A stretch of DNA of 64,000 bases from an uncultured Verrucomicrobiae bacterium (GCA_963812605.1 CAWEWF010000006.1:64001-128000); one strand, 5' to 3'. Positions 12,657 to 23,432 are shown, counted from the stretch's first letter. Numbers and translations are program-made. The notes: generated by a model not told the origin, from the letters alone.

Positions 12657-14104
12657 AAACGACGCCAAAAATCCTCATTGTCGAAGACGACACCTCGCTC
12701 GCCTGGTCCCTCAAGCACGTGTTGCAGGTGGAAGGCTACAGCGTCGAGACGGCTTTCAATACCGACGACGGACTGGTGCGCGCGCGGGACAATTCGTTCG
12801 ACGTCGTGGTGACCGACCTGCAATTGCCCGGCGCCAGTTCGGTCGGCGATAAAGCCGGGTTGGAACTCATCAACCGCCTGCGCGCGATCAAGCCGCAGCA
12901 GCCCATCATCCTCATGACCGCGCACCACACCACGGAAACAGCCATCGAGGCGACCAAGCTCGGCGCGTACGATTATCTGATGAAACCGTTCGACCCCGCC
13001 GAACTCCTCGACATGATCGACAAAGCCGTGGCCAGCAGCCGCCTGATCTCCGAACCAGTCGAACTGGGCGAGACGGCGGCGCCGAGCGATGCCATCGTCG
13101 GCGATAGCCGCGCCATGCAATCCGTGTACAAGGAAATCGGCCGTCTTGCCGCCAAGCCCGTCACCGTCCTGATTCGCGGCGAGACCGGCACCGGCAAAGA
13201 GTTGGTGGCCCGCGCGCTGTACCAGCACAGTGATCGGGGCAAACAACCTTTCATCGTGGTCAATTGCGTCGCCATTCCCGAGACGCTGCTCGAAAGCGAA
13301 TTGTTCGGGCACGAACAAGGCTCGTTCACGGGCGCCACTACGCGGCGTATCGGCCGTTTCGAGCAGGCCAATAACGGCACAATCTTCCTCGACGAAATCG
13401 GCGACATGACCATGAGCACGCAGGCCAAGTTGCTCCGTGTGCTGCAGGAGAAAACCATCCAACGGGTCGGCGGCAAGGAAACGATCGACGTCGACGTCCG
13501 CATCCTGGCCGCGACGCATCGCGACCTGGAAGTCGCCATCCGCGAGAACCAGTTCCGCGAGGACCTTTACTATCGCCTGAATGTCGCCGTCGTCACGCTC
13601 CCGCCGCTGCGCGAGCGCCGCGAAGACATTCCGGCGCTCGTCCGCCATTTCCTGCATTGCTACGGCGGAGACCTGGGCACTTTTAATGCCTCCATGTCCG
13701 CGGACGCCATCCAATTTCTCCAGCAACAACCGTGGGCCGGCAATGTGCGGGAACTGGAGAACGTCATCCGCAAAGCGTTGTTGCTGGCGCGGGGTTTCAC
13801 CGTCGGCCCCGACGAAGTGCGGGCGGCGATCGCGCAAACCAAGCTGCCCCGCCCCGCCGTTGACCAGACGCTGGCCAGTTATATCTCCGACCTGCTGGCG
13901 CGCGCCGTGCGCGGCGAGTTGGAGAATGTGTCCGATGCGGTATCCGAAGCGACCGAACGCGAATTGTACGCGCAGGCCATCCAACTCGCGCAAGGGAATC
14001 AGGTCAAGGCCGCCAAGTGGCTGGGGGTTTCTCGTCCGACGATGCGCGAAAAGCTGACGAACTACGGTTTGCACGCGAAGCGGGAGGCTTCCACGCCGGA
14101 ATAG
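12653..14104 (+). CDS. NtrC-family sigma-54-dependent response regulator
   Basis: Receiver domain; GETGTGKE and ESELFGHEQGSFTGA AAA+ motifs; C-terminal HTH. Confidence 0.95.
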   Translation: MKTTPKILIVEDDTSLAWSLKHVLQVEGYSVETAFNTDDGLVRARDNSFDVVVTDLQLPGASSVGDKAGLELINRLRAIKPQQPIILMTAHHTTETAIEATKLGAYDYLMKPFDPAELLDMIDKAVASSRLISEPVELGETAAPSDAIVGDSRAMQSVYKEIGRLAAKPVTVLIRGETGTGKELVARALYQHSDRGKQPFIVVNCVAIPETLLESELFGHEQGSFTGATTRRIGRFEQANNGTIFLDEIGDMTMSTQAKLLRVLQEKTIQRVGGKETIDVDVRILAATHRDLEVAIRENQFREDLYYRLNVAVVTLPPLRERREDIPALVRHFLHCYGGDLGTFNASMSADAIQFLQQQPWAGNVRELENVIRKALLLARGFTVGPDEVRAAIAQTKLPRPAVDQTLASYISDLLARAVRGELENVSDAVSEATERELYAQAIQLAQGNQVKAAKWLGVSRPTMREKLTNYGLHAKREASTPE

Positions 14105-14111
14105 CGTTGGC

Positions 14112-14900
14112 TCACGGCTCGTTCTGGACGGGATTCGTCAGCGTCCCGATCTTCTCAATTTCAATGGTCACGCTGTCGCCGGCGCGCAACCAGCACGGTG
14201 GTTTTCGTGCCATCCCAACTCCCTGCGGTGTGCCGGTCATAATCACCGTACGCGGCATCAACGTCGTGCTGCCGCTGAGAAACTCGATCAAGGTGGCAAC
14301 GTCGAAAATCATGTCGCGCGTGTTCGATTCCTGCCTGACTTCACCGTTGACGACCGTCTTGATCGCCAGCGTGTTTGGATTTGGAATCTCGTCGGCGGTG
14401 ACGAGGCAGGGCCCGAGCGGGCAGAAGGTGTCGAAGGTTTTGCCGCGGCACCACTGGCTGCCGCCGCGCTTGATCTGCCAGTCGCGGGCGCTGACATCGT
14501 TGCCGCACGTATAGCCCAGCACGTAGTCGAGCGCATTCTTCTTCGAAACATTCTTGGCAGGTTTGCCGATGACCACCGCCAATTCACATTCGTAATCCAC
14601 TTCCTCGCTCTTGAGGTGCGTCGGGATCAAGATCGGATCGCCGGGATTCTGCACGGTGCCGACTCCCTTGGTAAAGAGAACGGGGTACTCTGGTAACTTT
14701 GCGTTGGTCTCCTGCGCGTGACCCCGGTAGTTCAGCCCGATACACAGAATTTGCGCCGGCACAATCGGCGCAAGCAACTTCTTCACCTCGGCCCTCTCCG
14801 CTGTGACGGTAAACCGACCGAATATGTCGCCCTCAATGCGTTGGCCGTCAGCCCCGTGGCAAATCCGCCCGTTGGAATCCTGATAGCGAATAATCTTCAT
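14112..14900 (-). CDS. Fumarylacetoacetate hydrolase family protein
   Basis: CIGLNY, DYECEL, NDVSARDWQ, TGTPQGVG. Confidence 0.93.
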   Translation of the reverse strand: MKIIRYQDSNGRICHGADGQRIEGDIFGRFTVTAERAEVKKLLAPIVPAQILCIGLNYRGHAQETNAKLPEYPVLFTKGVGTVQNPGDPILIPTHLKSEEVDYECELAVVIGKPAKNVSKKNALDYVLGYTCGNDVSARDWQIKRGGSQWCRGKTFDTFCPLGPCLVTADEIPNPNTLAIKTVVNGEVRQESNTRDMIFDVATLIEFLSGSTTLMPRTVIMTGTPQGVGMARKPPCWLRAGDSVTIEIEKIGTLTNPVQNEP

Positions 14901-15095
14901 CGTTTTCCTCCGAAAAGTAGCGAATTCGACGGTAGCGGGTCGGGGTGCGATTGTCCAGCGGCACCAAGGCAGGAAATGTGTGCGTTTTCGACTTTTTTTC
15001 TTGCAAAATCAATCTGCATTCCCTATAGATAAAAGCGCTTTACCACTAGGCAAGTTGCGACTCGGAATTAACAAGTAGGACTGGGAGAAAACCAC

Positions 15096-18000
15096 TTGAA
15101 AACGATCCGCCTTTTTATCAGCATTCTGACGTCATTTGCGTGCACATTCATGGCGGTGAGTACCGCACGGGCCGCCGCCACGGCCAGCGACACCGCCTGT
15201 AACGACACCGGCGGGAACGGCACGACTGGCGGTAGCGGTTTTGCCGCTTGGGTAGTTAACATCGGGAGCGGAGGCGGTACTTATACAACGAGTGATTCCA
15301 CCATCAATGGCAACGGCTGCGGCACCGCGTGGGGAATTTTTTCCGGTAGTAGCGCGGTCCTAACGGAGTCCAAACGCTCATTTGCCAGTTCAGCCACTCT
15401 GTCGGTCGGCCAACAAATTACCGCTGACCTGCATAATGGCGGCGTCAACTCCGGTTCTGAGGGATTGAGTCTTTACAACTCCAGCGGCAATGCAGTTTTT
15501 GAGATGTTCTTCAGCAGTGGTTCGAGTACCTGGTCGATTAATGATTCTACTGGCGCCCATGCGGCGTCACCGTCAATTCCCTATGCCGGCAGCGGTTGCC
15601 GGGCCGTCTTCACCCTTACCGGCGCGACGACCTACTCTCTTACGGTGAAGGAGCCAGGTACGGGGACACAGACTACTTACGGTCCGTATACTGGAACGCT
15701 GGCCAGCCCGAGTGGCGGGCAAGCGATTACCACCTTGCGGTTCTATACCTTTAATATCGGTTCCGGTCAGAATCTTCAATTTAACAACATTGGCGCCAGT
15801 TGCCCGAACACGCTTGCGTTCACTTCACAGCCGGCCTCCGAGACCGTGGCGACCAACGACACCGCCCTATTCTCAGCGGATACTTTTGGCGACTCGGTCA
15901 CGCATCAATGGCAGTCCAGTTCCAATAGCGGCCTCTCCTGGAGCAACATCAGCGGGGCCACCAACACGATCAGCCTCACCGCCACGAATTACGAATCGGG
16001 TTTCTCCGTGGCCGCAACTTCGGCGAACAGCGGTTTCCAGTATCGAGTCATCGCAACCGACGCCTGCGGCAACACGATTACTTCCGCCGTGGCGACGTTG
16101 ACCTTGTCCGCCGTCACCGCGCCCGTCATCACTGCCCAGCCGACCAACACGACCGTATGCAGTGGTTCACCCGCGACATTCAGCGTGACGGCCTCGGGCA
16201 CATCCCCCGGCTATAACTGGTTCCAACAATCCAACGCGGGCTGGGGCGGCAGCAGCGCCTGGAGCGTCACGGCCAGCAACGCCGGCAGCGGCGTCTTCCT
16301 GGGCACTTCGACCAACAACAATTCGACCGCCTCATCCTTCTGCACCGGCTTCGGCAACAATGATATCGACAGCCCGATCACCGGGAACGCGCTCGGCATG
16401 TTTGGACCGGTCATCAAGGTTTCACGAACCTTCCCCAGCGCCCTGTCCGCGGGCCAGTGGTTCAGCATCGACATGGACAACGGCAGCGTCGACACCGGAG
16501 TTCAGAATGGATTCTCCCTGCACACGTCCCCCGGCGCCGGCAACGGCGTGTTGTTCTCCTTCTACTTCCTCGGCGGCCAGTCGAACTACAAGATTTTTGA
16601 CGGGACGGGCGAACACGACACCGGGATTCGGTTCACTCGCACCGGCCTGAGGGTCCAGATCCTTGTAGGAAGTGCCGTGGGCGGCACGAACACGTATTCG
16701 TTGTTCGTCCTGACGAACCAGTGCAGCGCCAGCAGCAACATTACCAACGTGTTTTCGGGCAGCTTCGAAACCAACGGGGCCCCCGGCTCGGTGTTGCTCT
16801 TTAACAACGACGGCGCGGGTGGATCCGCCAACGATCTTTTCTTCAATAACCTTCTTGCTGGCGCTGCGTACGATAACGCGGACAACTATTCGGCCCGCAA
16901 CTGGGCCAATGGCGGCAACGGCGGGGATCTGCCAATCACCGGCGCGAACGGCTCCAGCTACACGACCAATGCTCAAGCCAGCGGTACCTATTACGTCATC
17001 GTCACCAACGCCGCCGCCGCGGTCGTCTCTAGCACCGCGATGTTGACGGTCAATCCGACCCCGAACCTGAGCTTGTCCGAGACCGACGTAACCTGCAACG
17101 GAGGCAGCAATGGATCCGTCCAGGCCACGTTCTCGGGTGGGACTGGGACATTACAGGTGAACATCGATGGCGGTGCGTTCAGCGCGCAATCTTCGCCATA
17201 CACCTTTACTGGGCTTGGCAGTGGCTCGCACACGGTGAGCGTGCAAGGCACCACCGGTTGCTCGTCGAACCTGACCATCGTCGTCAACCAGCCGTCGGCC
17301 GTCACCATCTTTTCGACCTCGAAACAGGACAATACCGTTTGCGGTGGGAACGCTGGCAGCATCACCGTGACCGCGTCTGGCGGAACCGGTGCGTTGCAAT
17401 ACTCCGACAACGGCGGCGGGACTTATCAGGCATCGAACCAATTCACCGGGCTGGTTTCCGGCGCCTATAGCATCGTCGTCAAAGATGCCAACGGCTGCAC
17501 CAGCTCCGCCACCCCGGTCACCATCAATGATCCGAACGGGCCAAGCTTCACTTTTAGCCAGGCCAACGAGACCTGCAATGGGCAGTCCATCGGCAGTATC
17601 ACGGTAACAGCGTCCGGCGGCAGTGGCAGCGGGTACACCTATTCCAAGGATAACGGCGCGACGTTCCAGGCCGGCAATCAATTCACCGGACTGGCGGCGG
17701 GCAGTTACACCGTGGTGGTCAAGGATGGGAACGGATGCACCAGTGGCGGCCAGATTGTTACCATCACCCAACCGAGTGTCGTCACGTTCACGACGAGCCA
17801 GACCAACGAGACTTGCAATGGCCAATCCGCCGGTAGCATTACGGTAACGCCCTCTGGCGGCAGTGGCAGCGGGTACACCTATTCCATGGATAATGGCGTG
17901 ACGTTCCAGGCGGGCAACCAGTTCACCGGACTTTCCACCGGCACGTACCAGATTGTTGTGAAGGACGGCAACGGCTGCCTCAGCAGCGCCGTCCCGGTCA

Positions 18001-20657
18001 CCATTACCCAGCCGTCGGCGCTCAGTTGCTCGGTGAGTCCGTCAGTCGTCACCAATTGCGCGGGCAGTTCCCAGGTCTTCACGGTCAGCCCCAGCGGCGG
18101 CACCCCGGGTTACACGTACAGTTGGAGCGGCCCGAACAGCTTCAGCGCGACCGGCTCCTCGGCCACGAATAATAACCTGCAACCGGCCAGTGCGGGCACC
18201 TATACGGTTACCGTAACGGATGCGAATGGCTGCCAGTCCACCTGCACGGCCACCCTGACGGTCAACGTGGCCCCGTCGATTACCACACAGCCGACGAACT
18301 CGGCCGCTTGCATGGGTTCGCCGGCCAGTTTCTCGGTGACCGCGACCGGTTCGCCATTGAATTACGTCTGGCGCAAGCTCGGGTCGGGCTGGGGCGGCGG
18401 CGGTTGGAGCTTCGCGAATTCGGGCACGGCCAGTTCGGAATTCATCGGTTCCTCGACCGATAATGACTCCGGCGACACGGCCTCGAACGGCGGCACCGAC
18501 ATCAATACCGGCGGCAAGTCCTGGGGCTTGTTCAACAATGGCGGCGTAGCGGACGTTCAGCGGCCGTTGAACACCCCGCTGGCGGTCGGCCAGACCTTCA
18601 GCATCGATATGGACAACGGCAACATCCAGTCGGGCGGAACCGTCGGCTTTGGCCTCCAGAACACGTCGAACAGCAACAACCGTCTCGAGGTTTTCTTCGC
18701 GGGCGGCAACCCGGATTACACCGTGAGCGATAACGCCGGCTCCAATGATTCCAACATTGGGTTCACGCGCACCGGTATCCGCTGCCAGATCACGCTCACC
18801 AGCGTCGATACGTATTCCATTACAATCATCCGCTTCACCGGAAGCGTGTCGGCTCAAACCAACACGCTGACGGGCACCTTGAAGGGCACCGCGGGCACGG
18901 TCATCGATCGGCTGCGGCTGTTCAACGCGAACGCCGGTGATTGCGGGTTCGGGTGCAATGACAACACCCTGTATTTCAACAACGTCAGCTTCGGCTGCAA
19001 CGACGACAACGCGGGCAACTACGCGAGTTGGACAGCCGGCAGCGACCTCGGCCAAGGCCCGCTGGCCGATGGCGGCGATATTTCCGGCGCGACCACGGCC
19101 ACGCTGGCGATCAACCCGGCCAGCAATGCCGATGCGGGCAGTTATGACGTGTTCGTGACGAATTCTTGCGGCGTGGCGATCTCCAGCAACGCCACCTTGA
19201 CCGTCAATGCGAACCCGGGGCAGTACTCGGTCGGCGGCGGCGGCGCCTACTGCTCGGGCGGCAGCGGCGTTTCGGTGACGTTGAGCGGTTCGGACGCGGG
19301 CGTGAATTATCAATTGGAATTGAACGGCAATCCGACCGGCTCGCCGGTGACGGGCACGGGCGGCGCGCTCACCTTCAGCAACCAGACGGCGGCGGGCACG
19401 TACACGGTCGTCGCGGTCAATGCCACGTCCGGCTGCACCGCCACGATGACCGGCAATGCGTCGGTCACGATCAATCCCTCTCCGAGTTGCACGGTCACTC
19501 CGCCCAGTGCGGCGATCTGCGCTGACGGTTCCCAGACCTTCACGGTGAACCCGAGCGGCGGCACGCCGGGCTACATGTACCTGTGGAGCGATGGTTCAAC
19601 AGGAACGAGCATTACGACCAATGCGGCAGGTACCTACTCGGTGACGGTGACCGATTCCAATGGCTGCACGACGACCTGCAGCGCAATGTTGACGGTCAAT
19701 CCGACCCCAAGTTGCACGATCACTCCACCCAGTGCAGCGATTTGCGCCGGTGGTTCGCAGACCTTCACGGTGAACCCGAGCGGCGGCACCCCGGGTTACA
19801 CGTTCCTGTGGAGCGACGGCTCGACGGGAACGAGCATCACGACGAATGCGACGGGCACGTACTCGGTGACGGTGACTGATTCCAACGGCTGCACGTCGTC
19901 ATGCAGCGCAATGCTAACGGTCAATCCGCTGCCTTCAGCGCCGACGGCGGGCAACAACGGGCCAATCTGCGCCGGCACCACGCTCGATCTCAGCGCGTCG
20001 GCCCTGGCTGGCGCGACGTATAGCTGGACGGGCCCGAACGGCTTTGCCTCGTCGCAGCAGGATCCATCGATCACCAACGCGACCACGGCGGCGAGCGGAA
20101 CGTACCTGGTGACGGTCACGGACAGCAATGGCTGCACGTCCGCTGCCGGTTCAACGACGGCAACAGTCAACGCGAATCCGCCAGTGCCGACCGCCGGCAA
20201 CAACGGGCCGATCGTTGAAGGCAGCACGCTGAACCTGACGGCCAGCACCGTGGCCAATACGACCTATAGTTGGACCGGCCCGAACGGCTTCACATCAGCG
20301 GACCAGAATCCGTCGATCTCGAACGCCACGTCGGCCGCCAGCGGCGCGTATTTGGTGACCGTGACGGACAGCAACGGTTGCACAGCCGTTGGCTCGACGA
20401 CCGTGCTGGTTACGGCGCTGCAGATCACGTCGATCACGACGCAGGGCAGCGATATCCTCATCACGTGGGCGACCACCGGCGGGACAACCAACGCCGTGCA
20501 GGCAACACCCGGCAACCCGGGTTACAACACGAACTTCGTCGATATCAGCGCGCCGCTCCTCATCCTCGGCAGCGGGGACACCAGCACCAATTACCTCGAT
20601 GCCGGCGCCGCCACCAACTCCCCCGCGAAGTTCTACCGCATCCGGCTCGTGCCATAA
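15096..20657 (+). CDS. Large secreted Ser/Thr/Gly-rich protein with Ig-like, SprB-like and PKD-like repeats
   Basis: Signal peptide; repeated ITAQPTN, YTVTVTDSNGC and YSWTGPNGF units; C-terminal sorting-like domain ending KFYRIRLVP. Confidence 0.9.
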   Translation: MKTIRLFISILTSFACTFMAVSTARAAATASDTACNDTGGNGTTGGSGFAAWVVNIGSGGGTYTTSDSTINGNGCGTAWGIFSGSSAVLTESKRSFASSATLSVGQQITADLHNGGVNSGSEGLSLYNSSGNAVFEMFFSSGSSTWSINDSTGAHAASPSIPYAGSGCRAVFTLTGATTYSLTVKEPGTGTQTTYGPYTGTLASPSGGQAITTLRFYTFNIGSGQNLQFNNIGASCPNTLAFTSQPASETVATNDTALFSADTFGDSVTHQWQSSSNSGLSWSNISGATNTISLTATNYESGFSVAATSANSGFQYRVIATDACGNTITSAVATLTLSAVTAPVITAQPTNTTVCSGSPATFSVTASGTSPGYNWFQQSNAGWGGSSAWSVTASNAGSGVFLGTSTNNNSTASSFCTGFGNNDIDSPITGNALGMFGPVIKVSRTFPSALSAGQWFSIDMDNGSVDTGVQNGFSLHTSPGAGNGVLFSFYFLGGQSNYKIFDGTGEHDTGIRFTRTGLRVQILVGSAVGGTNTYSLFVLTNQCSASSNITNVFSGSFETNGAPGSVLLFNNDGAGGSANDLFFNNLLAGAAYDNADNYSARNWANGGNGGDLPITGANGSSYTTNAQASGTYYVIVTNAAAAVVSSTAMLTVNPTPNLSLSETDVTCNGGSNGSVQATFSGGTGTLQVNIDGGAFSAQSSPYTFTGLGSGSHTVSVQGTTGCSSNLTIVVNQPSAVTIFSTSKQDNTVCGGNAGSITVTASGGTGALQYSDNGGGTYQASNQFTGLVSGAYSIVVKDANGCTSSATPVTINDPNGPSFTFSQANETCNGQSIGSITVTASGGSGSGYTYSKDNGATFQAGNQFTGLAAGSYTVVVKDGNGCTSGGQIVTITQPSVVTFTTSQTNETCNGQSAGSITVTPSGGSGSGYTYSMDNGVTFQAGNQFTGLSTGTYQIVVKDGNGCLSSAVPVTITQPSALSCSVSPSVVTNCAGSSQVFTVSPSGGTPGYTYSWSGPNSFSATGSSATNNNLQPASAGTYTVTVTDANGCQSTCTATLTVNVAPSITTQPTNSAACMGSPASFSVTATGSPLNYVWRKLGSGWGGGGWSFANSGTASSEFIGSSTDNDSGDTASNGGTDINTGGKSWGLFNNGGVADVQRPLNTPLAVGQTFSIDMDNGNIQSGGTVGFGLQNTSNSNNRLEVFFAGGNPDYTVSDNAGSNDSNIGFTRTGIRCQITLTSVDTYSITIIRFTGSVSAQTNTLTGTLKGTAGTVIDRLRLFNANAGDCGFGCNDNTLYFNNVSFGCNDDNAGNYASWTAGSDLGQGPLADGGDISGATTATLAINPASNADAGSYDVFVTNSCGVAISSNATLTVNANPGQYSVGGGGAYCSGGSGVSVTLSGSDAGVNYQLELNGNPTGSPVTGTGGALTFSNQTAAGTYTVVAVNATSGCTATMTGNASVTINPSPSCTVTPPSAAICADGSQTFTVNPSGGTPGYMYLWSDGSTGTSITTNAAGTYSVTVTDSNGCTTTCSAMLTVNPTPSCTITPPSAAICAGGSQTFTVNPSGGTPGYTFLWSDGSTGTSITTNATGTYSVTVTDSNGCTSSCSAMLTVNPLPSAPTAGNNGPICAGTTLDLSASALAGATYSWTGPNGFASSQQDPSITNATTAASGTYLVTVTDSNGCTSAAGSTTATVNANPPVPTAGNNGPIVEGSTLNLTASTVANTTYSWTGPNGFTSADQNPSISNATSAASGAYLVTVTDSNGCTAVGSTTVLVTALQITSITTQGSDILITWATTGGTTNAVQATPGNPGYNTNFVDISAPLLILGSGDTSTNYLDAGAATNSPAKFYRIRLVP

Positions 20658-20817
20658 TTGAAGGTTGACACGTCATCAAGCATCTATAAACGGCTTCCTC
20701 GCTGGCAACAGTTGCGACCCGTGGTGAATCGGATTCGCAACCGACCCTGACTTGATTCACATCAATCTGTTGGGGGGATCACGGAACTCCGGATGCAACA
20801 CTGAAAGGACTTAGTGA

Positions 20818-21693
20818 TCAATCCAAAGCCGCAGCCAACATGTTTAAGTACTCGTTGGGCTTTACTTGGTGAGCAGTCGAAAGCGCTTGAATTGCATTGG
20901 AAGTCAATCGACACTTTCCACTTTCAATGCGACGAAGCTGTTTATCGCTTAGTCCAGAAATGTCACTCGGCTTGAGTTCTGCCTTTTCACGCACCTTTCG
21001 CGCTGCTCTACCGTAGCGGATGTTGAATTCCTGGGTTTTCTGACGTGCTTTGTGGGCCGCTTCCGGATCAACGATTTGCTCTAGTTGTTCCCAGCCAAGA
21101 TGTAGGTCAAGATCCGGCCAGTAGATGAAAGAGCCGTCTTTATCAATTTCAAAATTATGGATCTTGGACACAGCTGCGTTTTGGAATTCTGGAATGTCTG
21201 CAAGCAAAACATCTAGGCGATTCAAATCTGGAGAAATGACATGTAGAATTCCGTCCTCGACCTTCGCATCAAGAATACGCTCCTGCCTATCGACTGCCTG
21301 AAACGCTGAGGTTAGGCGCATCAGCAGAGAGTGAAGCCAGTCCATGCGATGTGTCTTTCCAGACCCATACTTGGCCTCCATCACATAGAAGCGTTGAGGT
21401 GTACGTATCTGCAAGTCAACAATTCGAGAAAGGAGTCTGTCTGTCGATACTCCTTCGTTGCGGAAGACAAGCAATCTTGTCGCCTGGGTGGCGTACTTAC
21501 GAAAAGTTTCTACAAAGGCGTCGTCCAATTCTTTCGACGAAACCAGCAGATACTCACCTGTGTCTCCGCCTCGGCCTTCGAATGATTTCCAGTTCTTGGA
21601 TACAGAGGCCGCTGCGCGAAGATCTGTTGTTTTCAACTCCGAAAACGTCTTTCCGTAGGTGATGATTCGAATGTTTCTTGATATGGTTTTCAT
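20818..21693 (-). CDS. DUF2442-like antitoxin with N-terminal extension and C-terminal XRE HTH
   Basis: NFEIDKDGSFIYWPDLDLHLGWE (DUF2442-like); VREKAEL..QLRRIESG HTH; overlaps the toxin stop. Confidence 0.75.
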   Translation of the reverse strand: MKTISRNIRIITYGKTFSELKTTDLRAAASVSKNWKSFEGRGGDTGEYLLVSSKELDDAFVETFRKYATQATRLLVFRNEGVSTDRLLSRIVDLQIRTPQRFYVMEAKYGSGKTHRMDWLHSLLMRLTSAFQAVDRQERILDAKVEDGILHVISPDLNRLDVLLADIPEFQNAAVSKIHNFEIDKDGSFIYWPDLDLHLGWEQLEQIVDPEAAHKARQKTQEFNIRYGRAARKVREKAELKPSDISGLSDKQLRRIESGKCRLTSNAIQALSTAHQVKPNEYLNMLAAALD

Positions 21694-21953
21694 GATGGCT
21701 TTACCTTGGTTTCCCACTCCTTCAGGATCTCATCGCGACAAACCTTTACCATCTCTTCCAAAGCTTTTCTGTCCTTTGCCGAGAACGCCTTGTCCCCCCA
21801 TTTGATCTTAAACATATTGCTTGAAGCCTCCAGAAAGTATACTCGCACTTCCCAGATGCCCTCCTTCTTGGCGTGGAAGTGCGGCGGATTGTGATCGTTC
21901 GACCAGAACCACAACTTCAGGCCAGAGATCGAGAAGCACTGTAATGTTGCCAT
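21690..21953 (-). CDS. DUF4160 family putative toxin
   Basis: GLKLWFWSNDHNPPHFHA..EILKEWE. Confidence 0.85.
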   Translation of the reverse strand: MATLQCFSISGLKLWFWSNDHNPPHFHAKKEGIWEVRVYFLEASSNMFKIKWGDKAFSAKDRKALEEMVKVCRDEILKEWETKVKPS

Positions 21954-22085
21954 TGCTCATGTTGAACGGTAGTGGCTGTATGGACATTTTGCAAGAAGTA
22001 CTTTACTAAATCTGTCCCGCCGTTTGAGGGAGGCGATCGTCTTCAGTGTGTCGTTTGGTTGTCAGTACAAGGCCAAAACTATAAG

Positions 22086-22378
22086 AGGAAATCGCGCTTG
22101 CACAGATTGACCTCCTCGATGCGCAAGTACAGAAGTTCGACCTCGAAGGCGGTTTACGCTTTGCTGAGCAAGTCGTCGTGAACGCCGCGCACATGTGCTC
22201 TGGCATGTCGACCGACCAGAAGCAACGGTTCCAACAGATCTTATTTCCAGAGGGTTTCCGAAAATGGCGAAATTGGAACCACTGTAACCTGCCCATCTTC
22301 AAGATGTTACAGCCGGAAAATGGGGCGATTTATGAAATGGCGACCCCAGCGGGATTCGAACCCGCGTTACCGCCGTGA
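22086..22378 (+). pseudogene. C-terminal remnant of a large serine-recombinase-like gene running antisense into tRNA-Glu
   Basis: EEIALAQIDL..QKQRFQQILFPEGF..ATPAGFEPALPP; no intact N-terminus. Family assignment is by resemblance only. Confidence 0.5.
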
Positions 22379-22415
22379 AAGGGCGATGTCCTGGGCCGGG
22401 CTAGACGATGGGGTC
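22338..22415 (-). tRNA. tRNA-Glu(TTC)
   Basis: GACCCCATCGTCTAGCCCGGCCCAGGACATCGCCCTTTCACGGCGGTAACGCGGGTTCGAATCCCGCTGGGGTCGCCA folds as a cloverleaf with CCA. Confidence 0.96.
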
Positions 22416-22526
22416 GTCGGAAAATGATGCCGTGCCGGCGGCCCGAATATAGCGGAACGAACGCGAATCGCAATGCGGAAGTTTACCCCGAGGATTTTCG
22501 GGCGCATCTCGGCAGTGCCACTGGAT

Positions 22527-22642
22527 TGTAGCCGCGAATCGCATTCGCGGCCCTTCCCCGCCGCGAAAATGTTTCGCGGCTACAAAGGGTGTCTCGCTTG
22601 ATCCCACCCGGAACAAACAAGCGGGCGGGACGCCCGCTCTAT
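22527..22642. repeat. REPIN-like pair and REP copy
   Basis: TGTAGCCGCGAATCGCATTCGCGG..CCGCGAAAATGTTTCGCGGCTACA; GCGGGCGGGACGCCCGC at 22621. Confidence 0.75.
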
Positions 22643-22644
22643 TT

Positions 22645-23206
22645 TTACACCGCCAGGATTTCTTTCTCCTTGTGGGACAGGACCGTGTCGATCTCCTTGA
22701 CGTACTCGTCGGTCTTGTTCTGGATCTCTTTCTCCGCGTGCTTGAGTTCGTCCTCGGTGATTTCCCCGTCCTTTTCCAACTTCTTGACCTGATCGTGCGC
22801 GTGCCGGCGCTCGCTGCGGATGGCGATGCGCCCTTCCTCGGCCATTTTCTTGCAGACCTTGTCCAATTCCTGACGGCGCTCCTGGTCGAGTTCCGGAATC
22901 GGGATGCGGAGGATTTTTCCGTCCACGCGCGGCGTGATGCCCAACTCCGACTTCATCAAGCGCCTTCTCCACGGCCTGCACGAGGCTCGCGTCCCAGGGT
23001 TGGACAACGATGAGGCGCGGTTCGGGCGTGGAGATGCCCGCCAATTCGCGCAACCGCATGTGCGAACCGTACGCCTCGACCTGGATGTTCTCCACGAGAG
23101 AGGTCGACGCTTTGCCCGTGCGAACGGTGGCGAATTCGCCATGGACGAATTCCACCGTCTTCATCATCTTCTCTTCCATCGAGTCGAGGGCTTCTTGCAA
23201 GGTCAT
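22645..23206 (-). CDS. frr: Ribosome recycling factor (one-base frameshift near 22960, probable sequencing error)
   Basis: N-half ATVRTGKAS..VQPWDAS in one frame; C-half SELGITPRVDGKILRIPIPEL..KEKEILAV in another. Confidence 0.9.
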
Positions 23207-23368
23207 ACCACCGACTTTATGGGAAACGGCTGGGCAGATTCAATCACGAATTGCGCGGCGAAGTTCAGGGTTCACGGGCGAAAGTTCTCGGTTCACGGTT
23301 GGCGGTTCGTGGTTTAGAATCTGCGGCGCTTGAAAATCGAACGATTTGAGGACATTGAGTTCCTGCTG

Positions 23369-23432
23369 GTAGGCCGCTTCTGCGAAGCGGCGAAATCCTC
23401 GGAAAACTCGCCGACTCACAGAGTCGGCCTAC
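23369..23432. repeat. REPIN-like pair
   Basis: GTAGGCCGCTTCTGCGAAGCGGCGA..TCGCCGACTCACAGAGTCGGCCTAC. Confidence 0.75.

Noticed and set aside
12569-14074. Long antisense ORFs (501 aa here; also 877-1725, 18042-19313, 25744-26955, 29778-31073, 32055-32855)
   Set aside because: Shadow ORFs of high-GC genes with no recognisable motifs.
17500-20400. Tandem DNA repeats in the large gene as a DGR or array
   Set aside because: They encode in-frame SprB/PKD-like protein repeats; no reverse transcriptase is present and no adenine-specific variation was seen.
23262-23315. Degenerate heptamer-like repeats (GGTTCAC-type) upstream of frr
   Set aside because: Short and imperfect; no function can be supported from the sequence.
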